DNA of 64,000 nucleotides from a virus (taxonomy: Duplodnaviria > Caudoviricetes): the IMG/VR virus record IMGVR_UViG_3300032327_000792, one strand, 5' to 3'. Below the pieces are notes generated by a model that saw only the letters and a list, made by a program, of their open reading frames with translations, did not search any database and had not been told where the DNA came from. The position numbers were made by a program, and so were the translations under genes. Shown piece by piece: positions 37,028-45,887 of this stretch (positions within the stretch are counted from its first letter, which is position 1; each line of letters begins with the position of its first letter).

Positions 37028-38075
37028 TCTTAGACACAAAGATGGACAACTATTGCCAATTTATATCGACGTCTACGATAATTCTTTGAGTCGTAAATGG
37101 TTGCCGGCACTGAGTCGGATTATTGATAAAAAATATTTGTTAGAAAAACATTATTGTTTTTTAGGGTTTGAGCAAAACTGTCGCAATGCTAAATTTCTAA
37201 TAGATCAAATCAATTACAGTATTGAACAGATTAATTTGGCAGATCTAGGTTATCAAATCAACGATTACTTTACTTTAGAAAATTCATTGGTAGAAGGCCC
37301 AATTGAGCCGGAACAGCCCGGACAACGGCCTAACCAAGAGCATTTCAATAATCTTCACAGATATTTTGAAGACTTGCAAGGAACCAGCGGAAATATTAGT
37401 CCGTACTATAACAAAGCCAATTCAACAACAAGATATCATATACGACAACTCAATCTTTTGTGTCACGAATTTGAGACCTGGAATCTCAGTAATCGGCGAG
37501 CCATCACTGCTCCTGATTGGCGAAGACCTAGCCAATTGATGTGCTGGCTCAATGCTCCAAGATTTACACTAGAGACAGCGGATTTTGAGTTGTTTGGCGT
37601 TGATACTTTAAATAGGCCTCTAGGTGGAGTATTTGTTGGAGTCAACAAAGCAGTTGGAAAACATCACTGGGAAGTATTCAATGACGAAGGACGCGACAGC
37701 AGAATAGGCGAACTTACTACTACATCTTTAAGACCGCAGACTGAAGCAGCAGCAGATTTTGATATTGAATGGGGTTTAGATCCGTCGGACGGACCTTGGC
37801 AAAAAGAAAATTTAAATAATTTTCGCCAATGGTTAGTCAACAATGGATTTGATCCTGCCGACAAAAGTCTTACAATTGGTCATCCCCAGATTGGACAGGT
37901 CGATCTCATGAGATCTTTTGGAACAACAGATCATAATATCATTTGGAAAATGTTAAATGAGCACCTAGATGTGGGTTCTATTGTATTCGCTGGCCATCAA
38001 GTTGTTTACGACTATAATTGGACCGATGATAACTATATAGAGTTACAGATTGAACGAATTCGACAAGGAAATTAA
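36999..38075 (+). CDS. Hypothetical protein in the radical SAM operon
   Basis: 358-aa ORF overlapping the upstream stop; no motif recognised. Confidence 0.7.
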   Translation: MKILEQIQINLRHKDGQLLPIYIDVYDNSLSRKWLPALSRIIDKKYLLEKHYCFLGFEQNCRNAKFLIDQINYSIEQINLADLGYQINDYFTLENSLVEGPIEPEQPGQRPNQEHFNNLHRYFEDLQGTSGNISPYYNKANSTTRYHIRQLNLLCHEFETWNLSNRRAITAPDWRRPSQLMCWLNAPRFTLETADFELFGVDTLNRPLGGVFVGVNKAVGKHHWEVFNDEGRDSRIGELTTTSLRPQTEAAADFDIEWGLDPSDGPWQKENLNNFRQWLVNNGFDPADKSLTIGHPQIGQVDLMRSFGTTDHNIIWKMLNEHLDVGSIVFAGHQVVYDYNWTDDNYIELQIERIRQGN

Positions 38076-38077
38076 TT

Positions 38078-38179
38078 ATGAAGTGGATTAAAAATTTATA
38101 CAACCGTATTCGATTAGAAATACGCTACAGAAAAAAATTAAAAGAACTTCGCAAACGAGATCCGTTTATCTACAAATGA
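38078..38179 (+). CDS. 33-aa basic peptide ending RKRDPFIYK (not in the ORF track)
   Basis: MKWIKNLYNRIRLEIRYRKKLKELRKRDPFIYK*; AAGGA RBS; exactly fills the gap and is ATGA-coupled to the carbamoyltransferase. Confidence 0.78.
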   Translation: MKWIKNLYNRIRLEIRYRKKLKELRKRDPFIYK

Positions 38180-39669
38180 AATTAAAGCATATACTGGGCG
38201 TCAGCGCCGGATTCCATGACGCAGCTGCCACTGTGATTCGCAACGACGGAGAAATTATATTTGCCGGACACAGTGAGCGTTATTCAAAACAAAAGAATGA
38301 TGCCAATTTAAGTCCAGGCTTACTTGCTGAGTTAGTTAATTATAGTATACAACATGTTGCGTATTATGAAAGACCTTGGATGAAACAACTACGTAATTTT
38401 CGTGCTGGACAAGGTGTTGAGTGGGACAAATTAACAGTGATGCAAATACTCAAACAACAAATTGGACGAGAATTTGGTACATTTCCGGGCAAGATTACCA
38501 CACACAATCATCATTTAAGTCACGCGGCTGCTGGATTTCAAACTTCACCTTACAACCGTGCCACAGTAGTGGTCATAGATGCCATCGGCGAATTTGATAC
38601 CGTATCAATCTGGGGAGCAGAATACGATTCGACGGGTCGAGCAACTTATCAACGACTTTGGGGACAACAGTATCCTCACTCAATCGGACTGTTTTATAGT
38701 GCAATCACTCAGCGAGTTGGTCTACACCCACTAGACGAAGAATATATCACCATGGGAATGTCAGGTTGGGGAAAACCTGCATGGTATCAACGCATGCATA
38801 GAGATCTTGTTGCTGATGACTACAATATTGAATTTCAAGATAATTTACACTTAGGTATCAGCAATGAATATTTAAACATGGCTACCAACGAGGATCTAGC
38901 TGCTAGTGCGCAGATGCTGGCAGAAACTTTAATAGGGCAAGTAATGGCTCGTGCTCGTGGATTTGGATTCAGCACTAATTTGGTCTATATGGGCGGTGTT
39001 GCACTCAACTGTTTGGCCAATAGAAATTTAGGAAATCATTTTGATAATATATGGATTATGCCTTGTCCTGGCGATGCTGGTTCTAGTCTTGGTGCCGCAG
39101 CTCTTGCACTGGGTAAAAAAATACATTGGCGTGATGCGTACTTGGGACACTGTATACCGGGGCCGTATCCTGTTAACCAGTTGTTGGATCATCTTGTTAC
39201 TACTGGTATTGTGGGTGTTGCTTCCGGCAGAGCCGAGTTTGGACCCAGAGCCTTGGGCAACAGAAGTTTGCTCGCAGACCCAAGAGGACCAGAAATAAAG
39301 GATCGGGTAAATGAAATCAAGCGCAGACAAAAATTTAGACCGTTTGCCCCAGTCATTCTTGCTGAGCACGTACACAAGTACTTTGATGTGCCCACTGGGT
39401 TTAGTGATACCAGTTACATGCAAGTTGTGGCTACTTGCCGTAGGCCTGATCTATTTCCTGCTATTGTGCATGTGGACGGTACTTCAAGAATACAAACAGT
39501 GCCTGCAAATGGTTCGGGCATCAGAGAACTACTAGAAAAATGGTATGTGATGACCGGGTGTCCTATGTTGCTCAACACCAGTTTGAACATCAGAGGCGAA
39601 CCCATGGTCAACGATCGCGCAGATGCTGATCGCTTTGAACAACTATATGGTGTTGAGGTCTGTAGCTAA
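38176..39669 (+). CDS. O-carbamoyltransferase (NodU/CmcH/TobZ family)
   Basis: 'SAGFHDAAA', 'HHLSHAA', 'DAIGE', 'GGVALNC', 'GDAG', 'EFGPRALGNRS', 'RPFAP', 'HVDGTSRIQTV', 'LNTSLN'. Confidence 0.95.
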   Translation: MKLKHILGVSAGFHDAAATVIRNDGEIIFAGHSERYSKQKNDANLSPGLLAELVNYSIQHVAYYERPWMKQLRNFRAGQGVEWDKLTVMQILKQQIGREFGTFPGKITTHNHHLSHAAAGFQTSPYNRATVVVIDAIGEFDTVSIWGAEYDSTGRATYQRLWGQQYPHSIGLFYSAITQRVGLHPLDEEYITMGMSGWGKPAWYQRMHRDLVADDYNIEFQDNLHLGISNEYLNMATNEDLAASAQMLAETLIGQVMARARGFGFSTNLVYMGGVALNCLANRNLGNHFDNIWIMPCPGDAGSSLGAAALALGKKIHWRDAYLGHCIPGPYPVNQLLDHLVTTGIVGVASGRAEFGPRALGNRSLLADPRGPEIKDRVNEIKRRQKFRPFAPVILAEHVHKYFDVPTGFSDTSYMQVVATCRRPDLFPAIVHVDGTSRIQTVPANGSGIRELLEKWYVMTGCPMLLNTSLNIRGEPMVNDRADADRFEQLYGVEVCS

Positions 39670-40833
39670 TTGCTTTAACCTATCATACTTACTGCCAACA
39701 AACAATTCTTGATTGTGCCTGGCATCTTCTGCCAATTGTTCGAACCATACATGTAAATCTTGATTACTAAGATTGCGTACTGTATCAATTAGTTTGATAA
39801 AGCGTTTGGTGTTGTCGGTTACTGTATCGTAACTGTTGTCAATGTATTGATCGTAGGTTCTATATCCAAGTTTGCGTAATGTAGCAAGACTGTGTGGTGC
39901 GCCAAAAATCACAAATGGTTGTCCGTGACGTATGGGTTTGAACGTTTTTTCTGTTAAAAAAGCTCCGCCCGATCCGTCGGCATCAAAAAATGTTTCTAAT
40001 ACCAAGTGACAATAGCTGTCTTCAAAATGCTCCGGAACCAATGTCCAGTGACTGTTGTGTTCGTCTGGAGTCAGGGTATCACAGGTATATGGACCACGAT
40101 CTAAAAATTCATCCATGTAAACATCAAGTCCTGGAAATTGATGTATTTGTATAGGATTATCCAAATATTGATCTCCTATACATTGATTGCCGTAACTCCA
40201 GTAACTGTTGTTCAGCAGTTGTTCACGGTGAAAATAACTGACTATGGTACTACGCCACCATTTGTGTATGCGACTCAACAAGGTAAACTGACGACTGCGA
40301 GGACGATTATGTACGTGACATCCTGCTTGCGGACGGTTGTTCCAAACAACGCCATTGCGCCAGTAAAATAATTCGTGGTCTGGAAAATAAACAAAGTTTG
40401 ACAATGCCTTGCATGCAGTGTTGCCGCTGACAAATCTATAGCAGTCTGCGGGTAATTGGTGTTGTTGACATAATTGATCTAGGCGTGTTTTTTCGTGGGC
40501 AGGGTTGTCGCCCTCATGATAATAAAACAACACTCTCATCTGTTGTTTCTGCAACAATGTCCGCACCTGCTCACTCATCAACGCAAAATAATCTTGATCA
40601 AAATCAAACCATCCAATGCCCACTGGGTAGTATGCATTGTCAGGAACAGGTTGATCGATGTAGCTCACGGACATTGGATAATCATGATCCTGGCAGAAAT
40701 ACAATAACCTACACGGCACAATGTATGGAAATGTGTCTCCCATACCATGATAACCGTTTGATGCATCCATCATTGGTGCCAGATTAGGATAAGGTCTGCC
40801 CAGATGTTTTTGATCGAATACAAAGTTAAACAC
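39643..40833 (-). CDS. Putative glycosyltransferase (GT10-like C-terminal motif), paralogue 2
   Basis: 'FTLLSRIHKWWR', 'HLVLET...FLTEKTFKPIRHGQPF...LGYRTYDQYIDNSYD'. Confidence 0.5.
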   Translation of the reverse strand: MFNFVFDQKHLGRPYPNLAPMMDASNGYHGMGDTFPYIVPCRLLYFCQDHDYPMSVSYIDQPVPDNAYYPVGIGWFDFDQDYFALMSEQVRTLLQKQQMRVLFYYHEGDNPAHEKTRLDQLCQQHQLPADCYRFVSGNTACKALSNFVYFPDHELFYWRNGVVWNNRPQAGCHVHNRPRSRQFTLLSRIHKWWRSTIVSYFHREQLLNNSYWSYGNQCIGDQYLDNPIQIHQFPGLDVYMDEFLDRGPYTCDTLTPDEHNSHWTLVPEHFEDSYCHLVLETFFDADGSGGAFLTEKTFKPIRHGQPFVIFGAPHSLATLRKLGYRTYDQYIDNSYDTVTDNTKRFIKLIDTVRNLSNQDLHVWFEQLAEDARHNQELFVGSKYDRLKQLATDLNTI

Positions 40834-41908
40834 CCATGCCCTCCAACATACCAGTTAATTCTGTCCATAATATCTGTTCAAATCCGCCGCCGTAAAAGTG
40901 ATCAAAGTTGTGTTGTGAAATCTCACTGGCATGACGAAATAACAGTTGCTTTTCTTGTTGGGACAGTTGATCTAACTCTTTTAACAGTTGACCAATCTTT
41001 TGTATACGAGCAACATTGTTGATCTCATGATCATAGCTTTCGTCCCATAAGTCCCCAAATGTTTTAAATCCGTAGCGTCGGATATATTCTAGACTGCCAG
41101 CAGTACCTACAATCACAAATGGCATGTTCAAACAAATAGGTTTGAATGTTTTTTCAGTTAGATGTTGCCGGACACCGTCGGCCACAGTTTCTGTAACCAC
41201 ATACAACAAACTTTCAGCACATTCGTCAAACAAACTTAGTTGATAACTGTGCATGGGACTGTTGGATTCGCCTGGGAAACATTTTGGAAAATTTGTTTGG
41301 GCAAACACTGACTCAATGTCTGGATAAATGTGTTTTAATTTAGTCACAGCGTCGTACACACTGATATTTTCTGCTGGGCATGTTTGAGGGCAACTAATCC
41401 AATTGTCATGTAAGTTATGTTTGAACATATGATACAACATCAACAGTCTATGTTCACGATTGCCTGCTATGATTCTGTTGGGTGCTATAAATGTTTTAGA
41501 GATAGTTCTTTGTTGAGGTTTGGGCATTAGAAAACTTCTATGATAGCCTCTAAACCAATCTAGTGCAGCCCATCCGTGAAAGAAGTAATAGTGTGGCTGG
41601 AATCCATAAGTACGTTGGACATAATCCACATTGGCACTGTTGTATTCACTGGTAATAATATGTCGTTGTCCTTGATCAAACATATCAATAAATTTAATCA
41701 AAGTTTGATCGACTAGTTCTTTATGCAACGGTTCTTGATCCCAAAACAAATATCTCACAGAGTTATGACCACTATTGATCGGCGGAACACTACACAAGTC
41801 TTCAAACTTTACACTACCAAAAGGATCAAACCAATGTGCGCCGTGAGCCAACTTTGCTTGCACTCTTGGTACAATTATGTTATAATAAAGTTCATCGATT
41901 CTAATCAT
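40826..41908 (-). CDS. Putative glycosyltransferase (GT10-like C-terminal motif), paralogue 3
   Basis: 'FIAPNRI...REHR', 'YVVTET...HLTEKTFKPICLNMPF...YGFKTFGDLWDESYD'. Confidence 0.5.
   Translation of the reverse strand: MIRIDELYYNIIVPRVQAKLAHGAHWFDPFGSVKFEDLCSVPPINSGHNSVRYLFWDQEPLHKELVDQTLIKFIDMFDQGQRHIITSEYNSANVDYVQRTYGFQPHYYFFHGWAALDWFRGYHRSFLMPKPQQRTISKTFIAPNRIIAGNREHRLLMLYHMFKHNLHDNWISCPQTCPAENISVYDAVTKLKHIYPDIESVFAQTNFPKCFPGESNSPMHSYQLSLFDECAESLLYVVTETVADGVRQHLTEKTFKPICLNMPFVIVGTAGSLEYIRRYGFKTFGDLWDESYDHEINNVARIQKIGQLLKELDQLSQQEKQLLFRHASEISQHNFDHFYGGGFEQILWTELTGMLEGMGV
41858..41886 (+). promoter_or_regulatory. sigma70-type promoter embedded in the opposite-strand gene
   Basis: TTGCAC-17 nt-TATAAT ending 20 nt before the ATG at 41907. 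Confidence 0.6.
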
Positions 41909-43502
41909 GTTTGATATATTCTACCTAGGCCCAAAACCCAATCTGTTTCCACATGAACAGGCAGTAAATTCTATTGAGCAAGCACAGGAGTTAAGTAGTA
42001 CAAGATACTGTTGGATTGTAAACTATTTAACTGATTATTCTGGGTTTGATTTTCTTTGGGAGCCAACACCGTGGGAAAGCAATCAAACTCATATATGGCC
42101 CAGTCAGCATCAAGCCAATGGTGGCACATATCTTGTGCCCAAAATTGGTGGCACGGAATCTAACCGAACGCATCACGTACTACCTCGCCAAGTCAGTGTG
42201 CCTGTTGTGGGTATTGACCATGGAAATGGACTAACAGTTGATTGCGATTACAGCACACGATTTATCAGTGATTATCTCGGTACATTGAAACGTGTATTGA
42301 GCAAAGTGCAGGAAGAATATGTTTGGGTAGTCAGCAGTGTATGTGATTACTCCGACTTTGATTTCACTTGGCATCCCAGCGAATGGCAACAGGACATGTT
42401 GCATGTGTTTGCCAGCAATGAACAAAAGTTTGGCGACACATTTTATGTGCATGTTCCTAGCTTCCTGGAGAAAACCAAAACTCTAGCTTTGTTAGAATGG
42501 TTTGACACCATACACTTTGTGGGAAATTGCACAGTACCTAGGCACCCAGTACCTCGGGTACATCATACCCATGACAGTCAAGTTGACGCTATTATGAAAT
42601 ACGACTTTGTATCTCCTGTGGTACAGTTTTCTGTCAGCGATGCTGAATATTCGCAGACGCCCACATTGAACCTATGGCGACAAGAAACTCGCGCAGTAAC
42701 AACATTGAGTCCCGGTGGCAGCACAGTGCTAATTCCACGTGAAGCCAAAAACTTTATACACACTCAAGTCTATGATTATCCTGTGGTAGATAAAAGTCAC
42801 AGTAATCTATCAAAAGATCAACCATTGGACATTGTGTTTATCAGCAACGGCGAAGTCAATGCTGACTATAATTATGAAAGATTAAAGTTTTTAGTAGGGG
42901 AGCGTAATCGCGTACAACGAGTGGATCGTGTACCGGGACGTGTGGCAGCTTATCATGCAGCTGCCAACGCCAGTACCACACCATGGTTCTTTGCTGTGTT
43001 TGCCAAGCTAGCAGTCGATTCGTTGTTTGATTGGGCATGGCAACCAGATAGACTACAACAACCCAAGCACTATATCTTTCATGCACGAAATCCTGTGAAC
43101 GGGCTGGAGTACGGCCATCAAGCCATGATTGCCTATAACAAGCAGTTGACTCTGAACAACACAGGGAAAGGATTGGACTTCACTTTAGATTCAGCGCACG
43201 AAGTTGTGCCCATACTGAGTGGCACAGCCTATTATCATATGGATTCATGGATGTGTTGGAGAACTGCATTTCGAGAAACATTGAAATTGCGTTCAGCCAC
43301 AGATATAGAAAGCCAATATCGACTCAAACAATGGTGTACTGTGGATAATACTGAATCTAAATGGAGTATGAAAGGCGCCGAAGATGCCGTGGAATACTAT
43401 GAATCAGTGGGCGGAGCTATGGAGGAGCTAAGGAAAAGTTACGACTGGGCTTGGTTAGCTAGTTATGCTTTGATCAAGCACAATCTAAAACCTGATCAAT
43501 GA
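41907..43502 (+). CDS. Multi-domain GT-A-like protein (three related units)
   Basis: C-terminal unit 'DIVFISNGE...RVDRVPGRVAAYHAAA...WRTAFRETLKL' resembles 27402-28328; two earlier units share 'W(I/V)V..DYS.FDF.W.P..W'. Confidence 0.6.
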   Translation: MFDIFYLGPKPNLFPHEQAVNSIEQAQELSSTRYCWIVNYLTDYSGFDFLWEPTPWESNQTHIWPSQHQANGGTYLVPKIGGTESNRTHHVLPRQVSVPVVGIDHGNGLTVDCDYSTRFISDYLGTLKRVLSKVQEEYVWVVSSVCDYSDFDFTWHPSEWQQDMLHVFASNEQKFGDTFYVHVPSFLEKTKTLALLEWFDTIHFVGNCTVPRHPVPRVHHTHDSQVDAIMKYDFVSPVVQFSVSDAEYSQTPTLNLWRQETRAVTTLSPGGSTVLIPREAKNFIHTQVYDYPVVDKSHSNLSKDQPLDIVFISNGEVNADYNYERLKFLVGERNRVQRVDRVPGRVAAYHAAANASTTPWFFAVFAKLAVDSLFDWAWQPDRLQQPKHYIFHARNPVNGLEYGHQAMIAYNKQLTLNNTGKGLDFTLDSAHEVVPILSGTAYYHMDSWMCWRTAFRETLKLRSATDIESQYRLKQWCTVDNTESKWSMKGAEDAVEYYESVGGAMEELRKSYDWAWLASYALIKHNLKPDQ

Positions 43503-44568
43503 CATAGTCAACTTCGAGATCGCTGAGTTCTGGATAGATAGGCAAACTCAACACACGTCTACTCAATGCACTGGCTCTGCTGAGAATATCTGGTCCTGGC
43601 CACTGTCTAAACACACCCAATTCATGCAATGGCAAATTGTAGTGTATGCGTGTTTCAATTTTCTTCAATGCTAGATTTTGTTTGAGAATATCACGCTGAT
43701 CTAGATCAATCACAAACTTGTGAAACGAATGATCATTGAAGTTCTTTGCATCAACCAAACAACGTATATTACTTTTGTTTAAACGTTCCATCCAATACGC
43801 AGCAATATCTCGTCTACGATCTTGCCATTGATCTAGGTAGTGTGTTTTGACCATCATTTGCGCACAGTCTATTTCACTCATGCGACTGTTGGTTCCTATC
43901 AATTGATGTGTGCTTTTGCCATTGTCTCGCCAAGCTCTAGCATATTCCAACAGATCTATGTCGTTGGTTACTACTGCGCCGCCATTGCCATAACAAGCAA
44001 GGTTCTTCATAGGATCAAAGCTGATAGCAGACGCACTGCCAAATCGGATACCTTTGTCAGAAAGCCAATGCTGTGCAGCGTCTTCAATCCAGACCACATC
44101 ATTGGCAACACTGCGTACAGGCCAGCGCCGATCGCTGAGATTTTTGACACTGGCACCATACAGGCCTACCATTACTATGGCTTGATAACTTAGTTCATTG
44201 GGAATTGATTCTGGATCAATAATGCCATAGTGATCTGTGTCCACAAAGTGTATGTCCCAACCTGCTCGCATAAATGCATTGGCCGTGGCCGCATAGGTCA
44301 TACTGGGTATCAACACACGTGGAGGATGAACTACAGTTTGATCAGCATAGTAACTGGCAATGATTTCTAATGCATGAGTACCTGAATGACAAGTGACAGC
44401 GTACTTACAGGAGTTCTTTTTGGCCAGCCAGTTTTCAAACTCAGCTGTGTAGTTGCTGTTCATTAACTGCCCACTGCGTAGCACTTCATCAGTGGCTTCC
44501 AGTATTTCTGTTCTTAAGTTATTGTATTGCTTCTTAAGACCAGTAAAAGGTATGGTCAGTCCTGACAT
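43474..44568 (-). CDS. DegT/DnrJ/EryC1/StrS-family PLP-dependent sugar aminotransferase
   Basis: 'SGTHALEI', 'TYAATANA', 'IEDAAQH', 'SFDPMKNLACYGNGGAV' with the catalytic Lys, 'NSRMSEI', 'LSLPIYPEL'. Confidence 0.95.
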   Translation of the reverse strand: MSGLTIPFTGLKKQYNNLRTEILEATDEVLRSGQLMNSNYTAEFENWLAKKNSCKYAVTCHSGTHALEIIASYYADQTVVHPPRVLIPSMTYAATANAFMRAGWDIHFVDTDHYGIIDPESIPNELSYQAIVMVGLYGASVKNLSDRRWPVRSVANDVVWIEDAAQHWLSDKGIRFGSASAISFDPMKNLACYGNGGAVVTNDIDLLEYARAWRDNGKSTHQLIGTNSRMSEIDCAQMMVKTHYLDQWQDRRRDIAAYWMERLNKSNIRCLVDAKNFNDHSFHKFVIDLDQRDILKQNLALKKIETRIHYNLPLHELGVFRQWPGPDILSRASALSRRVLSLPIYPELSDLEVDYVIDQVLDCA

Positions 44569-45536
44569 TGAGATTTCCAATAGGTTGAGTTGTTAAACCA
44601 ATTGAAATATTCCCGGAAGCCTTCTTCTATATCAACCTGCGGGAAGTATCCAAAGTCTTGACGTGCTCGATCTATATTCAATGCTCCACGACTAGGGAAG
44701 TCTGAATCTTTGTCTCTTACTTCTATTGTACCGCGTCCTGCAAGGTTAACCACAAGGTTGGCAGCATCCAACAAACTACGACCATGGCTTTTTGTGATGT
44801 TATAGGTCTGATTATTGGCACGATCACTTAGAGCAGCGGCCACAATACCTGCAGCTGTATCATCTACGTAGGTAAAATCCAATGACTCTGCGGCTCCATT
44901 TACTTTTAGTATACCACCACACATGGCTGTGGACATAAACTTGGCAATCACACGATCGTTCACATCCAATGGACCATACACAGCACTGGGACGAATAATA
45001 ACGTGTGTCATGCCTGAGCTACGAGTGTAGTCACGAGTCAGCCATTCACCAGCCAACTTCATGATACCATATTGCCCTTGTGGACAACAAACAGCATCTT
45101 CTGCAACGTTATCCTCAAAGTTACCGTAGACCATTGAGCTTGAAATATAAAGGAACTTGCTGACTTTGTGTTTTTTGGAATTTTCCAACAAGTTTAGCAG
45201 ACCCTCGCTCATAGTGCGTGAGCCAAGGGCCGGATTAGCATTGACTACTTTTTGTCTGGGAAAACTAGCAAGGTGTATAATAGTGTCTGGATTAAATTTA
45301 CGCAACAAGAAGTCAATGCCATTGGAATCAGCAATATCAATGCGATATATTTCCTTGGTTTGAATCTTCTTCAGACGTTCAGCCATCAAGTAATCGATTT
45401 CTTCTTGTGGAACTAGTCCGTAATTGGTTCTGATATCTGTGACAACAACTGTGTGACCCAGTGCTTCCAATTGAGCAACAACATTGTGACCTATCAGTCC
45501 CAGACCACCTGTGACTAGGATTGTACGTTTTTCCAT
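44556..45536 (-). CDS. NAD-dependent NDP-sugar epimerase/dehydratase (extended SDR)
   Basis: 'LVTGGLGLIG' Rossmann motif, 'YISSSMVYG', YxxxK 'YGIMK', 'IRPSAVYGP', 'DFTYVDD'. Confidence 0.95.
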   Translation of the reverse strand: MEKRTILVTGGLGLIGHNVVAQLEALGHTVVVTDIRTNYGLVPQEEIDYLMAERLKKIQTKEIYRIDIADSNGIDFLLRKFNPDTIIHLASFPRQKVVNANPALGSRTMSEGLLNLLENSKKHKVSKFLYISSSMVYGNFEDNVAEDAVCCPQGQYGIMKLAGEWLTRDYTRSSGMTHVIIRPSAVYGPLDVNDRVIAKFMSTAMCGGILKVNGAAESLDFTYVDDTAAGIVAAALSDRANNQTYNITKSHGRSLLDAANLVVNLAGRGTIEVRDKDSDFPSRGALNIDRARQDFGYFPQVDIEEGFREYFNWFNNSTYWKSQCQD

Positions 45537-45763
45537 CGTAATAAAAACTCCGTTGCTAATTTATCTTCCATATCACCTGTGATGGTAATGCGGTATCCGT
45601 ATCCACTTGGATCAAATCCTGTAAGGTAATGTAAATTGCTGGCATGTTCTGTGCACCAACGACCTGCTGGTGTTTGTTGCCATTCATAAATGGGTTGGGC
45701 AACATAGATTTCAACATCATCTACATCGCCCATATTGAATTGATGTAATACTACTTGTTTCAT
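45515..45763 (-). CDS. Hypothetical protein (82 aa)
   Basis: First gene after the promoter at 45769-45797; overlaps the epimerase start. Confidence 0.65.
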   Translation of the reverse strand: MKQVVLHQFNMGDVDDVEIYVAQPIYEWQQTPAGRWCTEHASNLHYLTGFDPSGYGYRITITGDMEDKLATEFLLRWKNVQS

Positions 45764-45768
45764 ACTGT

Positions 45769-45797
45769 ATTATAACAGTATTATTGATTTTTTGCAA
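45769..45797 (-). promoter_or_regulatory. sigma70-type promoter
   Basis: TTGCAA-17 nt-TATAAT on the minus strand, 5 nt from the ATG at 45763. Confidence 0.6.
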
Positions 45798-45887
45798 CCA
45801 ACTCAGAGGCAATGAGCTTTTGTGTATTGTCAATGCCCACTGCTGTGAATTCTGCAGTGGGTTGACTATAACTTACTAATTTTAGTT

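Noticed and set aside
25191-45763. Interpretation as a host O-antigen or capsule locus
   Set aside because: No flippase, polymerase or ABC exporter genes are present, and the locus is contiguous with phage tail genes and has the same composition and gene packing.
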